From positions 2,816,001-2,880,000 of the forward strand of contig OY970368.1 of assembly GCA_963718615.1 (NCBI GenBank): a DNA stretch of 64,000 bases, given 5' to 3'. The notes under the pieces are model-generated. The model saw nothing but the letters and a program-made list of their open reading frames with translations, did not search any database and was not told the origin of the DNA. Positions 52,420 through 62,621 of the stretch are shown piece by piece; the stretch's first letter is position 1, and the number at the start of each line of letters is the position of its first letter. The stretch is from an uncultured cyanobacterium (lineage in GTDB: Bacteria > Cyanobacteriota > Cyanobacteriia > PCC-9006 > JAAUQQ01). Both the position numbers and the translations under genes were made by a program.

Positions 52420-52929
52420 ATGATTCTCAGAGGGTCTTTAATTAAGAAAGCTTTCTTGCTAACGCTCGCTGCGTTTTTATTCATTTTCCAGCTTGCAGTC
52501 GGCAATGCGACCGCTGCAGAACTTGATGCAGAGACTCGTACGGTAAAACTCAATCCTGATGGCGAAACGGTCACGTTAAATCTAAAGCAGGTGGTCAAGG
52601 GCCGTCGTCTGTTCGCAGCCGCCTGCGCCCAGTGCCACATCAACGGCATTACCAAAACGGACCCGAATGTGGGCTTGGATCCAGAAGCTTTGGCTTTAGC
52701 AACCCCTGCCCGCGACAACGTTGAAGCGCTAGTCGATTACCTTCAAAACCCGACAACCTATGACGGGGAAGAAGAAATTGCAGAGCGCCACCCCAGCATG
52801 AAGAGCACGGATATCTATCCGAAGATGCGGAATTTGAGCGACGATGATCTCTTTGAGATCGCCGGTCACGTTCTGCTTCAGCCCAAGGTGATGGGGGATA
52901 AGTGGGGTTCGGGTAAGACGAAATTCTAG
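52420..52929 (+). CDS. psbV: Photosystem II cytochrome c-550
   Basis: Signal peptide, CAQCH heme motif, NPTTYDGE, HPSMKSTDIYPKMRNL. Confidence 0.96.
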   Translation: MILRGSLIKKAFLLTLAAFLFIFQLAVGNATAAELDAETRTVKLNPDGETVTLNLKQVVKGRRLFAAACAQCHINGITKTDPNVGLDPEALALATPARDNVEALVDYLQNPTTYDGEEEIAERHPSMKSTDIYPKMRNLSDDDLFEIAGHVLLQPKVMGDKWGSGKTKF

Positions 52930-53011
52930 GGGTTTGGAGGGATTGCTGAATGCTCCGTCCTAATGGCGGATCCCAGGATTCAGCGTCAGCCAACCCCAAT
53001 CAATGGCTAGA

Positions 53012-53046
53012 GGGTATGGATCAGGTCTTGATTCATGCCCTTTTTT
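53012..53046 (+). terminator. Intrinsic terminator after psbV
   Basis: GGGTATGGATCA...TGATTCATGCCC stem followed by TTTTTT. Confidence 0.75.
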
Positions 53047-53195
53047 ATGTTTTTTGTTCAAATGGCGGTTCTCTAGGGTAGACAGGCCATACTAGAGCCA
53101 GGTTTTCAGTCGTTATCTGCTATCCCCAATTTGCTGACCCCAATCTGTTAACCCCAATCTGCTAAATTCACAATCCGCAGCTCGCTAAATTTAAG

Positions 53196-53990
53196 ATGGC
53201 AACGCAACAAGTTCCCCTCACTACTCTGCGGCAAATTCAGACCCACATACGTCAGGCCTTAGCATTACCACGCTTGGAAGACAGTCCCTGCACGGATCAA
53301 TCCAAGGTCCCTGCGAGTGTCTTGGCAGCGCCCCAAACCCTGAGTGACTTGGGCAATATTTTTCGGGTGCCGGGACAGGCGGAGCTGGGCGAGGCGGCCC
53401 CCAATGCCGAGGGCCGTTGGTTTGTGAGTTCTGTCAATCCAGGGGCAGCATTGCTCCAGCTCAAGGGCCTGTGGGTTAAAACCGGGTTTCGGCTGGTGCC
53501 CTATTTGCTGCGAACCCCAGATGGGGGTGTGGGTCACATCTGCGCGGTGCCAGAGATCAACAGCACGACCTTCGCACTCGAATCGGCCCTGGGGGAGGGG
53601 ACGGAATGGCATTATCCCCCTTTTCCCCAGGGCTCGCTGAATCAAACATTGTTGGCCCTGGAGGGCGATCGCTCCCCCCTTTCCTATGTAATCGCCTCTA
53701 TCTTTCGCCGAGAAATTAAAGAATTTGGCGCTACGGGCAAGGACCGCGAATGGAGTCAGCATCAACTGATTGCTTCACTCCCGACCCAGGTCCAGTGGCG
53801 CTGGAAGAATAGCCCCCCCCAGGACTTCCGAGCCAAGGTCAAAGTCCAGGAAAATGGGCAGGCAGCAGTGGAATTTTTTAGCTGTCGGACGATTAAGCCC
53901 TTCGCCATTTTTCACCATCTGGACCAGTACGACGCAGATAGCTATGTGGCGATGACGAAGGATCGGGCGATCGCCGTCGTGCAAAGTTAA
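53196..53990 (+). CDS. Hypothetical protein (264 aa)
   Basis: Long ORF filling the space between the psbV terminator and the convergent murA; no recognisable motif. Confidence 0.75.
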   Translation: MATQQVPLTTLRQIQTHIRQALALPRLEDSPCTDQSKVPASVLAAPQTLSDLGNIFRVPGQAELGEAAPNAEGRWFVSSVNPGAALLQLKGLWVKTGFRLVPYLLRTPDGGVGHICAVPEINSTTFALESALGEGTEWHYPPFPQGSLNQTLLALEGDRSPLSYVIASIFRREIKEFGATGKDREWSQHQLIASLPTQVQWRWKNSPPQDFRAKVKVQENGQAAVEFFSCRTIKPFAIFHHLDQYDADSYVAMTKDRAIAVVQS

Positions 53991-54062
53991 CCAAAGTTAA
54001 TTTTAAACTAATAAAGGGGGATATGACACCTGCATATCCCCCTTTTGCTGCCTCGTTAACGG

Positions 54063-55388
54063 CTAGTTCGACGGCATCTCAATCCGCTCAATCCGAGCAC
54101 CCAGCCGCCGCAGTTTTTCATCCAAGTGTTCATAGCCCCGATCCAAGTGGCGAAGCTGCTGCACCGTGGTTTTACCCTGGGCTGCAAGTCCGGCTAAGAC
54201 CAAAGCAGCCGAAGCCCGCAAGTCCGTGGCCATGACAGGCGCACCCGAAAGGAAAGGCATGCCGCGAACGATCGCCATATTTCCCTTCGCCTTAATATCA
54301 GCCCCCATGCGCTGGAGCTCCGCCACATGCTGCAGGCGGTTTTCAAACATCATCTCGGTGATGACGCTATTGCCATCGGCCAACGTCAGCAAGGCCATAA
54401 ACTGGGCCTGCATATCCGTCGGGAACCCAGGAAATGGCATGGTCTTAATATCCGTGGCCTGATAGGTATCCGCTGGAATAATCCGCAGGCTATCTGAACC
54501 TTCAATGCGAAGCTGACACCCCACCGCTTCCAGCTTGGCAATCACTGCCGTTAGGTGTTCGGGCACCACCGATTGCAGCACGAGCTCTGAACGGGTAATC
54601 GCTCCGGCAATTAAAAACGTTCCGGCTTCAATGCGGTCCGGAATAATGCTCCACTCAGCCCCATGAAGTTTGGGAACCCCAGAAATGACAATCGTGTTAG
54701 TTCCTGCCCCTTGAATCTGAGCCCCCATGGCGCAGCAGAAATTGGCAAGGTCAATGACTTCCGGCTCTTGGGCCGCATTTTCAATGATGGTTTCTCCCTC
54801 GGCCAGGGTCGCCGCCATCATCAAGGTTTCCGTCGCCCCCACGCTAGGGCAATCCAAATAGATTTTTGCCCCCTTCAAGCGCCGACCCGCACCCTTCACC
54901 GAAGCCTTGACCACCCCATGTTCAATCTGAACATGGGCTCCCATCGCCTGTAGCCCCCGGACATGGAGCTCCACCGGACGCGCACCAATGGCACAGCCAC
55001 CGGGCAAGGGAATCTTCACTTCACCCAGGCGAGACAACAGAGGACCAATGGCAAAAAAGCTTGCTCGCAGACGACTGACCAGTTCGTAGGGCGCTTCAGA
55101 TTCACCCACATGGCTGGCATTGATCTCTAGGCAATGGCCCTTGTGATCAACGCTAACCCCCAGCGCCTTTAGAATTTCAGCCATATTGCTGATATCTGCC
55201 AGTTGAGGCACATTGGTGATCCGACAAGTATCGGCACACAGCAACGTCCCGGCCATAATGACCAGGGCCGAATTTTTGGCACCACTAATGGGAACGTGGC
55301 CACTGAGGGTTTGCCCTCCCCAAATTTCAAGGGCGGAGCGATCGTCTTGAGCGACAGCCTGAGTCGCCGGATGGAAAGCAAGAGTAAT
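54063..55388 (-). CDS. murA: UDP-N-acetylglucosamine 1-carboxyvinyltransferase; probable ATT start
   Basis: [30 protein letters not shown]. The conserved ISGAKNSAL lies upstream of the first ATG (55256); ATT at 55388 follows AGGAGG. Confidence 0.95.
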   Translation of the reverse strand: MTLAFHPATQAVAQDDRSALEIWGGQTLSGHVPISGAKNSALVIMAGTLLCADTCRITNVPQLADISNMAEILKALGVSVDHKGHCLEINASHVGESEAPYELVSRLRASFFAIGPLLSRLGEVKIPLPGGCAIGARPVELHVRGLQAMGAHVQIEHGVVKASVKGAGRRLKGAKIYLDCPSVGATETLMMAATLAEGETIIENAAQEPEVIDLANFCCAMGAQIQGAGTNTIVISGVPKLHGAEWSIIPDRIEAGTFLIAGAITRSELVLQSVVPEHLTAVIAKLEAVGCQLRIEGSDSLRIIPADTYQATDIKTMPFPGFPTDMQAQFMALLTLADGNSVITEMMFENRLQHVAELQRMGADIKAKGNMAIVRGMPFLSGAPVMATDLRASAALVLAGLAAQGKTTVQQLRHLDRGYEHLDEKLRRLGARIERIEMPSN

Positions 55389-55833
55389 GGTCCTGTCCTC
55401 CTAGGAATTTCGGAATGAATTCGGAATGAATGGAGTGGGGCAGCCTTAGCATGGCAACGGTTTCGCCCAGAAGCTTAGGGAGTGGCTACCGGCACATTGA
55501 GACACAGCGATGCGCGAGTTTGGCTGAAGTTCTACAGCAAAATTAATGCGCATGAGCAGCAACTTTACCCCATTTTTGCGGGAATTTGCTACGGGTAATT
55601 GATTCATCCCTGGCTCTCTCTAGCCTTGTCTCAATTTATCGTTATTAAATTTCTGATTTCAGTCGTTCAGGTCACTGAAAACCGAAGAAAAGCCAAAGAT
55701 CAAAAAAATAGAAACAATTTAGTTGACGAATGTTCAGCATTGCGGAATGATAATAAGTCGCTGGCCTCAAGCGTTGTTTCGAGCGTTTCCTCTCCTCAAC
55801 CCTTGATGTCAAGCACTCTCAAACCAGATGCAA

Positions 55834-55917
55834 GCGGAACTGGCGGAATTGGTAGACGCGCTAGATTCAGGTTCTAGTGTCTTCACGGACTTCCGGGTTC
55901 AAGTCCCGGGTTCCGCA
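55834..55917 (+). tRNA. trnL: tRNA-Leu (anticodon CAG)
   Basis: GCGGAAC/GTTCCGC acceptor stem, D-loop GGAATTGGTAGAC, CTAGA-TTCAGGT-TCTAG anticodon arm, long variable arm, GGTTCAAGTCC T-loop; CCA not encoded. Confidence 0.97.
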
Positions 55918-55984
55918 TCTGAAAATAGAAAAGAGTCGGTTCTGCCATAGGCAGTTGTGAAATAGATAGTCAGGACCTAGGCGA

Positions 55985-56806
55985 GTGACTCCAGAACTGA
56001 TTACCAGTCGGCGCAATCCCCTGGTGAAAAGGTTGCGATCGCTCCACCAGGCCAAAGGTCGAGAGCAAGAACAACGGCTTTTGCTGGAAGGGACAAATCT
56101 GCTGGTAGAAGCCTTGCGAGCTCATTTTCCCTTGGAAACGGTTTGTTATACCTCAGCATGGACCGCCCGTCAGCCGGAATTGAGCCAGCAATTGCAGCGG
56201 CAGTTCGAGGCGCAAAGCCTGCGATTGGTGGAAGTGAGTGAGGAAGTGCTGGGGGCGATCGCCACCACCCAAGCCCCCGATGGCATTGTCGCCGTCGCAC
56301 CCCGTCAAACCTGCCATCAACCTCAATTTCCCTGCTCCCTCGCCGTAGCGGTCGAAACGCTTCAGGATCCAGGCAATCTGGGCACCATCATTCGCACCGC
56401 AGCCGCGACGGACGTGGCGGGACTCTGGCTCAGTCAGGACAGTGTCGCCTTTGATCATCCCAAAGTCCTTCGAGCCTCAGCGGGGCAGTGGTTTCAGTTG
56501 CCCCTGGCGGTGAGTACAGACTTAACCCAAACCCTGCGTCAGGCCAAGGCCACGGGAATGCAGGTGGTGGCGACGTTACCGACTGCGGAGAAAGCCCATT
56601 GGGATTTGGACTGGACCCAGCCAAGTTTGATTGTCTTGGGTAATGAAGGAGCTGGGCTGTCGGACGCAGTGGCTGCGCTAGCGGATACTCAGGTGCAAAT
56701 CCCCCTCTGGCGCGGGGTGGAATCCCTGAATGTGGCTATTTCGTTGGCGGTCTTGCTCTATGAAGCTCAGCGTCAGCGCCGCCCGGAAGCGAACCGCCCG
56801 TACTAG
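55985..56806 (+). CDS. TrmH/SpoU family RNA 2'-O-methyltransferase
   Basis: QDPGNLGTIIRTA, LGNEGAGLS, VESLNVA. Confidence 0.95.
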   Translation: MTPELITSRRNPLVKRLRSLHQAKGREQEQRLLLEGTNLLVEALRAHFPLETVCYTSAWTARQPELSQQLQRQFEAQSLRLVEVSEEVLGAIATTQAPDGIVAVAPRQTCHQPQFPCSLAVAVETLQDPGNLGTIIRTAAATDVAGLWLSQDSVAFDHPKVLRASAGQWFQLPLAVSTDLTQTLRQAKATGMQVVATLPTAEKAHWDLDWTQPSLIVLGNEGAGLSDAVAALADTQVQIPLWRGVESLNVAISLAVLLYEAQRQRRPEANRPY

Positions 56807-56841
56807 AATAAGGTCTGGGAATTTTCCGTTGGGAGTAGGCT

Positions 56842-58284
56842 GTGACTCAGTTTGATTACGATTTGGTGATTATTGGCGCGGGGGTGGGGGGCCACGGTGC
56901 TGCGCTCCATGCCGTGAGCTGTGGACTGAAAACAGCCATTGTCGAAGCCGCCGACATGGGCGGAACCTGTGTCAATCGCGGCTGTATTCCTTCAAAGGCA
57001 CTGCTGGCGGCCTCTGGGAAAGTTCGCGAACTGCGGAATGCTGAGCATTTGCAGGCCATGGGCATTGCCGTGGGGGAGGTGCAGTTTGAGCGGCAGGCGA
57101 TCGCCGACCATGCCCATAGCGTCGTCACCAAACAGCGGGAGGGCTTGATCGGTAGCCTCAAGCGACTAGGGGTGGATGTGATCCACGGGTGGGGCAGCGT
57201 TGCCGAGGTGCAAAAGGTCAAGGTGTCTGGGGAGGGGGGCGATCGCCTGATCACCGCCAAAGATATTCTCCTGGCTCCCGGCTCGATTCCCTTCGTTCCC
57301 CCTGGTGCCGAAATCGACGGCAAAACCGTATTTACCAGCGACCACGCGGTCAAATTAGAAAGCCTGCCGGACTGGATCGCGATTATTGGCAGCGGCTACA
57401 TTGGCTTGGAATTTGCCGATGTTTATTCAGCCCTGGGCTGTGAAATTACGCTGATCGAAGCCTTAGATAAGCTGATGCCCGGTTTTGACCCGGATATTGC
57501 CAAGGTGGCGGAGCGATCGCTCCTAGTCTCCCGCGACATCGAAACCTACAAGGGTGTGTTTGCAACAAAAATCACCCCCGGCTCCCCGGTCACCATCGAA
57601 CTCACTGATGCCCAAACCAAAGAAGTCGTAGAAGTCCTGGAAGTCGATGCCTGTCTAATTGCCACGGGCCGAATTCCGGTGGCGAAAAACATGGGCCTAG
57701 AAGAACTGGGCGTGGATTTGGGCCGTCGCGGCTTTATTCCGGTGAATGACCACCTTGGCGTCACCCAGGCCGATGGCGAAACGGTTCCCCACCTCTGGGC
57801 CATTGGCGATGCCACGGGCAAACTGATGCTGGCCCATACGGCCTCGGCTCAAGGGGTAGCTGTCGTGGAGACGATTTGCGATCGCCCCCGCACCGTCGAC
57901 TACAACATCATCCCCGCAGCCGCCTTCACCCATCCTGAAGTGAGTTTTGTGGGGTTGACGGAACCCGCAGCCAAGGAAAAGGGCAAGGAAGAGGGCTTTG
58001 AGGTCAAGGCTGTGCGGACCTACTTCAAGGGAAATGCCAAGGCGATCGCCGAGGGCGAAACCGACGGCATGGCCAAGCTGATTTTTCGGCCCGATACTGG
58101 CGAAATCCTTGGGGTACACATTTTTGGTCTCCACGCGGCGGACCTGATCCAAGAAGCCGCCAACGCCATGGGCCAAAAGGTCCCGGTCACCGACCTGGCC
58201 TTCTCCGTCCACACCCACCCAACCCTCTCGGAAGTCCTGGACGAAGCCTTTAAACGCGCCGCCGGGGCAGGAGCGGGCCACTAA
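56842..58284 (+). CDS. lpdA: Dihydrolipoyl dehydrogenase
   Basis: [27 protein letters not shown]. Confidence 0.97.
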   Translation: MTQFDYDLVIIGAGVGGHGAALHAVSCGLKTAIVEAADMGGTCVNRGCIPSKALLAASGKVRELRNAEHLQAMGIAVGEVQFERQAIADHAHSVVTKQREGLIGSLKRLGVDVIHGWGSVAEVQKVKVSGEGGDRLITAKDILLAPGSIPFVPPGAEIDGKTVFTSDHAVKLESLPDWIAIIGSGYIGLEFADVYSALGCEITLIEALDKLMPGFDPDIAKVAERSLLVSRDIETYKGVFATKITPGSPVTIELTDAQTKEVVEVLEVDACLIATGRIPVAKNMGLEELGVDLGRRGFIPVNDHLGVTQADGETVPHLWAIGDATGKLMLAHTASAQGVAVVETICDRPRTVDYNIIPAAAFTHPEVSFVGLTEPAAKEKGKEEGFEVKAVRTYFKGNAKAIAEGETDGMAKLIFRPDTGEILGVHIFGLHAADLIQEAANAMGQKVPVTDLAFSVHTHPTLSEVLDEAFKRAAGAGAGH

Positions 58285-59162
58285 TGCTGATCCGTCGTCG
58301 TCCGCCCAATCCGGCGGTTCGCGTCGCCAACATGGACTATAAAACCTGCATGGCCGACGCCGAGCCGGACAATATCCTTGAAGAAATTGTTTGGCATAAG
58401 GAATACGAAGTCGCTGTCCTGCGGGAACAAACGCCCTTGGCCAAGCTCAAGCCGCTGGTGGCCGCCCAGGCCGCTCCCCTGGATTTTGTAGCACGGTTGC
58501 GGCAGGCTCCCACGACCCCAGCCGTGATTGCGGAAGTGAAAAAGGCATCGCCCAGCAAAGGGGTGTTTCGGGAAGATTTTGACCCGGTGGCGATCGCCCA
58601 AGCCTACGCCGCCAACGGAGCCGCCTGTTTGTCGGTGTTAACCGATCGCAAATTCTTCCAGGGCAGTTTTGAAAACCTCGGCCTCGTCCGCCAAGCCGTT
58701 GAGCTCCCGCTGCTCTGCAAAGACTTCGTGCTGTATCCCTACCAGATCTATTTGGCGCGCGCCTACGGAGCCGATGCGGTTTTGCTGATTGCGGCGGTGC
58801 TGTCGGATCAAGATTTGCAATACTTCCTTAAAATTGTCCACAGCCTCGCCATGAATGCCCTGATCGAAGTCCATACCGCCCAGGAACTAGAGCGAGTCCT
58901 CGCCTTGGACGGTGTAAGACTGATCGGCATCAACAACCGCAACCTCAAAACCTTCCAGACCAGCCTCGACAACACCTGTGGTCTCATGGACCAATATCGC
59001 AGCCGCCTCCAGGACATTCTGGTCGTCAGCGAGTCTGGAATTCATGGCCCAGACGATCTGCAAACCGTCCTTCACGCGGGGGCCGAAGCGGTGCTCGTCG
59101 GTGAATCCCTGGTCCGCCAGCCTGACCCTGGCTTAGCACTGCGGACGCTGACGCAAGCTTAG
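58284..59162 (+). CDS. trpC: Indole-3-glycerol phosphate synthase
   Basis: [31 protein letters not shown]; TAATG coupling to lpdA. Confidence 0.97.
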   Translation: MLIRRRPPNPAVRVANMDYKTCMADAEPDNILEEIVWHKEYEVAVLREQTPLAKLKPLVAAQAAPLDFVARLRQAPTTPAVIAEVKKASPSKGVFREDFDPVAIAQAYAANGAACLSVLTDRKFFQGSFENLGLVRQAVELPLLCKDFVLYPYQIYLARAYGADAVLLIAAVLSDQDLQYFLKIVHSLAMNALIEVHTAQELERVLALDGVRLIGINNRNLKTFQTSLDNTCGLMDQYRSRLQDILVVSESGIHGPDDLQTVLHAGAEAVLVGESLVRQPDPGLALRTLTQA

Positions 59163-59341
59163 GGGTTGTGGCCCAATTGCATCGAGTGTATCGGTTCTAT
59201 CCCGCACCCTAGAATAAGATGGTAGGGTAATGGGATGGCAGCTTTTGGGGCGATCGCCTCTGAGGCACTGCTTCTTTAGCGACCTGTGTTTCCCGAGAGA
59301 TGTTTTGGATAGCTGCTCATTCTATAGAGGTACTGGAAACC

Positions 59342-59596
59342 GTGGATCCGATCCCCTTGCCCTCGGCGATTCACTATGAAGTTCCGTTACAGCTCCTGGA
59401 ACAGCAAACCTTGCGAGCAGTATCCCAGCGTCCGGCCCAACGACAATTGGTGAATGAGTTGGTCATCACCTTGCGCAAGGCTTTGGCGCTGCAAAGACGG
59501 ATCGAAGAAAGCTGTACTCAAGAGCGACTGGCCATTGAGTATCGTTGGTCACCTGAAAACTCCCGAATGAATTCAACTCAGGCTCCTAAGGCATAA
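59342..59596 (+). CDS. DUF5340-like small cyanobacterial protein
   Basis: PIPLPSAIHYEVPLQLLEQQT...LVITLRKAL..Q..IEE..IEYRWS; GTG 59342 or ATG 59300 start. Confidence 0.7.
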   Translation: MDPIPLPSAIHYEVPLQLLEQQTLRAVSQRPAQRQLVNELVITLRKALALQRRIEESCTQERLAIEYRWSPENSRMNSTQAPKA

Positions 59597-59764
59597 TAAG
59601 AACAGGAAACAGAGTCCGTTCAGTGTTTCTCTCTAGGATGTTTGTCTCTAGGATGCCCTGTTCCGACAATCCCTGCTGTTAGCCCACAAGGTCCTCACCC
59701 TCTGCCTGCTCCCTCAAGGGTCGGGTATAACGGTCGGGTCTTTCAGTCCCGTTGGAGTTCTCCA

Positions 59765-60982
59765 GTGCCATCGCCGAATTCTAATGTGCCCCCAGCCCCT
59801 TTGAGTCAGCTTGAGCCGGTTGATCTGGTGCAGGCGTTAAACAGCCTGCGTCATCAGCTTGATAGCTTTCAGAGGCAAGTGCAGCATCAGGTGCAGGTGC
59901 ATCCGATGGAAGACAGTGGTGCTGATTTTGAAGGGGGTGACGCAACTCTAGATTGGGATGGGGTGACGGCGTTTTTAATGCAGCAGCAAATTGACCTCGC
60001 CCAGGTTCACACTCAAGTCGAATTGCTGGAACAGGCGCGATCGCACCAACAATCCCGCCAAAAACAGCATCAAGGTGAAACTTTTTCTGACCTAGAGGCG
60101 ATCGCGACCTCCCAAATCCAGCAGGTACGGTTGTTGCAAAGCCAGATCGCCCGCGATCGCCTAGAACGACGCAGCCAACGCAGGATTGTGGATAACCAGG
60201 TGGCGGCACTCCAGGCCACCCTCGCCGAGAAAGATGCCCAGATTTTGGCCCTAGAGGCTCAAGCCTTTGAAGCCAGAACCCTCGCCGTCAGCCTCAATGC
60301 CCAGCGTCAAGCGGCCCAGGAAACCATCGAGCAGCTCCAGGACGCACTCAATCGACGCCGAACCGAACTGGCTGAAATCACCGCCGAGCGGGAAACCTGG
60401 CAAACGAGCTTGGAAGAGCAGCAAACACTAGCAACCGCCCAAACCAAAACTCTGACGGCATTACAGCGGGAATTGGCGATCGCCCAAACCACCATCGAAG
60501 CCCTCGAAAGCCAAATTCTCCATAAAAACCGGCAAAGTCTCGGCCTGCAACAATTGCGCTACGAATCCGAGCTACAACGGGGCCAGGAACAACAGCGCTA
60601 TCAACAGATCGACGTCCAATTGCGAGAATACCAAACCCAGATTTTGCAACAGATTGAGCAGCTGCGATCGCTCGAAACCCAAGTTCAAGACTGGCGGACG
60701 CGATCGCTCATGAGCGAGCATCAACTCCAAAATATCCGCGACTGGGTTGACCAAATGGCAAAGCATCAGCCTCAAGCCCTTCCCGCAGCCCTCCGCGAAC
60801 TCTTGGACCCACTAGATCCCCTTCCAGTCTCTCATCGCCCAAGGCTCGATCCCTCAAACAGCCCAGAACAAAACCAATCTCAATCCCAATCTCAATCCCA
60901 GCCCCCATCTCAATTGTCCCCCCATCACTCCCCCACCCCTCACAAACCCCTTCACCTCGACCTACCCAAATTTTCCCCCTAA
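59765..60982 (+). CDS. Long Q/E-rich coiled-coil protein
   Basis: Heptad-rich Q/L/E/R sequence with a Pro/Ser-rich tail; start uncertain (59642-59765). Confidence 0.75.
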   Translation: MPSPNSNVPPAPLSQLEPVDLVQALNSLRHQLDSFQRQVQHQVQVHPMEDSGADFEGGDATLDWDGVTAFLMQQQIDLAQVHTQVELLEQARSHQQSRQKQHQGETFSDLEAIATSQIQQVRLLQSQIARDRLERRSQRRIVDNQVAALQATLAEKDAQILALEAQAFEARTLAVSLNAQRQAAQETIEQLQDALNRRRTELAEITAERETWQTSLEEQQTLATAQTKTLTALQRELAIAQTTIEALESQILHKNRQSLGLQQLRYESELQRGQEQQRYQQIDVQLREYQTQILQQIEQLRSLETQVQDWRTRSLMSEHQLQNIRDWVDQMAKHQPQALPAALRELLDPLDPLPVSHRPRLDPSNSPEQNQSQSQSQSQPPSQLSPHHSPTPHKPLHLDLPKFSP

Positions 60983-60997
60983 CGCCCGTGATACCCA

Positions 60998-61987
60998 ATG
61001 AATGCGGTTGACTACCTGCGCATTAGTCTGATTGACCGCTGCAACTTCCGCTGTCTCTATTGCATGCCCTCGGAGGCGGAGTTGGACTATGTGTTGCAGC
61101 AGAATCTTTTGACCCAGGCAGAACTGCTTCAGCTGTTGCGTGAAGTCTTTATTCCCAATGGTTTTACGCGGTTTCGCCTGACGGGCGGTGAACCTCTCCT
61201 GCGCCCCGGCGTGGTTGAGCTAGTGGCTGCCATCTGCCAACTGCCTGAAACCCAAGATTTAGCCCTGACCACCAACGCTTTTTTGCTTGCCGGTCTGGCC
61301 CAGGATCTCTACAATGCCGGACTGCGGCGGATCAATATCAGCCTCGACTCCCTCGACCCAGACATTTTTGGCAAAATCGTCGGTGACACCGGACAAAAAC
61401 GCTGGCAGCAGGTTTGGGCCGGGATTCAAGCCGCCCATGCCGTGGGGTTTGCTCCCCTCAAGCTCAATGTTGTGGTCATCCCCGGTGTCAATGACCACGA
61501 AGTTTTAGACCTAGCGGCGCTGACGATCGATCGCCACTGGCATATCCGCTTCATCGAATTTATGCCCATTGGCAACGGAGCTCTATTTGGCGATCGCGGC
61601 TGGCTCCCCTCGGAAACGATCCGACAGCAAATTCGCGATCGCTGGGGTCTCGACACAGGTCATGTTCGGGGTAACGGTCCCGCCAATGTGTTTCAAATCC
61701 CTGGCGCGAAGGGCACGGTTGGGTTTATTAGCCAAATGTCCGAATGTTTTTGCGATCGCTGCAACCGCATGCGCCTCTCCGCCGATGGCTGGCTGCGGCC
61801 CTGTTTGCTCAATGAAGAGGGGCAAATTGATTTGAAAACTGCGTTACGCGAAGGGTGGCCCACGGAGATCTTGCGCGATCGCGTTCGAGATCTGTTGCTG
61901 CTCAAACCAGAAATTAACTACAAAGAACGAGACTCAGGCACGGCTGAGGGGATCTATCGCCGGACCATGTCCCAGATCGGCGGCTAG
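60998..61987 (+). CDS. moaA: GTP 3',8-cyclase MoaA
   Basis: [38 protein letters not shown]-terminal MSQIGG. Confidence 0.97.
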   Translation: MNAVDYLRISLIDRCNFRCLYCMPSEAELDYVLQQNLLTQAELLQLLREVFIPNGFTRFRLTGGEPLLRPGVVELVAAICQLPETQDLALTTNAFLLAGLAQDLYNAGLRRINISLDSLDPDIFGKIVGDTGQKRWQQVWAGIQAAHAVGFAPLKLNVVVIPGVNDHEVLDLAALTIDRHWHIRFIEFMPIGNGALFGDRGWLPSETIRQQIRDRWGLDTGHVRGNGPANVFQIPGAKGTVGFISQMSECFCDRCNRMRLSADGWLRPCLLNEEGQIDLKTALREGWPTEILRDRVRDLLLLKPEINYKERDSGTAEGIYRRTMSQIGG

Positions 61988-62273
61988 AAATCTGAGCCAC
62001 GGGTTGTTCAAAATCGCTCCAGGGATGGCGCAAAATTTCTCAGTGCCCTATGATTTGAAATGTTCAATCTAAAATAGAAAAATCATAGATAAAAGTCTAT
62101 GCTTTGATAAAGCCTTCTCTAGGCAAAAATTCAATCCCTGTGTTTCTTGGGATTTGGATCATTGTCCTGATTTTGGTTTTGCCTATTCTGGTCTTGTTTT
62201 TGTGGTCTTGTCTTTTGTGGTCTTGTCTTTTGTCGTTGCATCTGTGTCGTGACAGCACAGATTTTTGCCAACC

Positions 62274-62621
62274 ATGTCAATTCTTGAAGCCTGTATCTTT
62301 GCCACGGTGCTCTGCGGTTTTTTCGGCATCATTCTGAAACGGAATGTGATGATGAAAATCATTGCCATGGACGTGATGAGTACCGGGGTGATTGCCTACT
62401 ACGTTTTGGTTGCCTCCCGTGAGGGGGTGTTTACGCCGATTGCCTCTACGGCCCCTATCCCTGGAGTGAATTATGCCGATCCGGTTCCTCAGGCCGTCAT
62501 TTTGACCGCGATTGTCATTGGCTTTTCGATCCAGGCGCTCATGCTCGTAGGTGTGATGAAATTGGCCCAGGATTATCCCACCTTAGAAATTGACGAAATT
62601 GAGCGACAGAATCAGCCATGA
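62274..62621 (+). CDS. mrpC: Mrp/Mnh Na+/H+ antiporter subunit C
   Basis: ADPVPQAVILTAIVIGF. Confidence 0.93.
   Translation: MSILEACIFATVLCGFFGIILKRNVMMKIIAMDVMSTGVIAYYVLVASREGVFTPIASTAPIPGVNYADPVPQAVILTAIVIGFSIQALMLVGVMKLAQDYPTLEIDEIERQNQP

Noticed and set aside
55834-55985. tRNA-Leu as an integration site
   Set aside because: No duplicated tRNA 3' end or integrase seen; a housekeeping trmH gene follows directly
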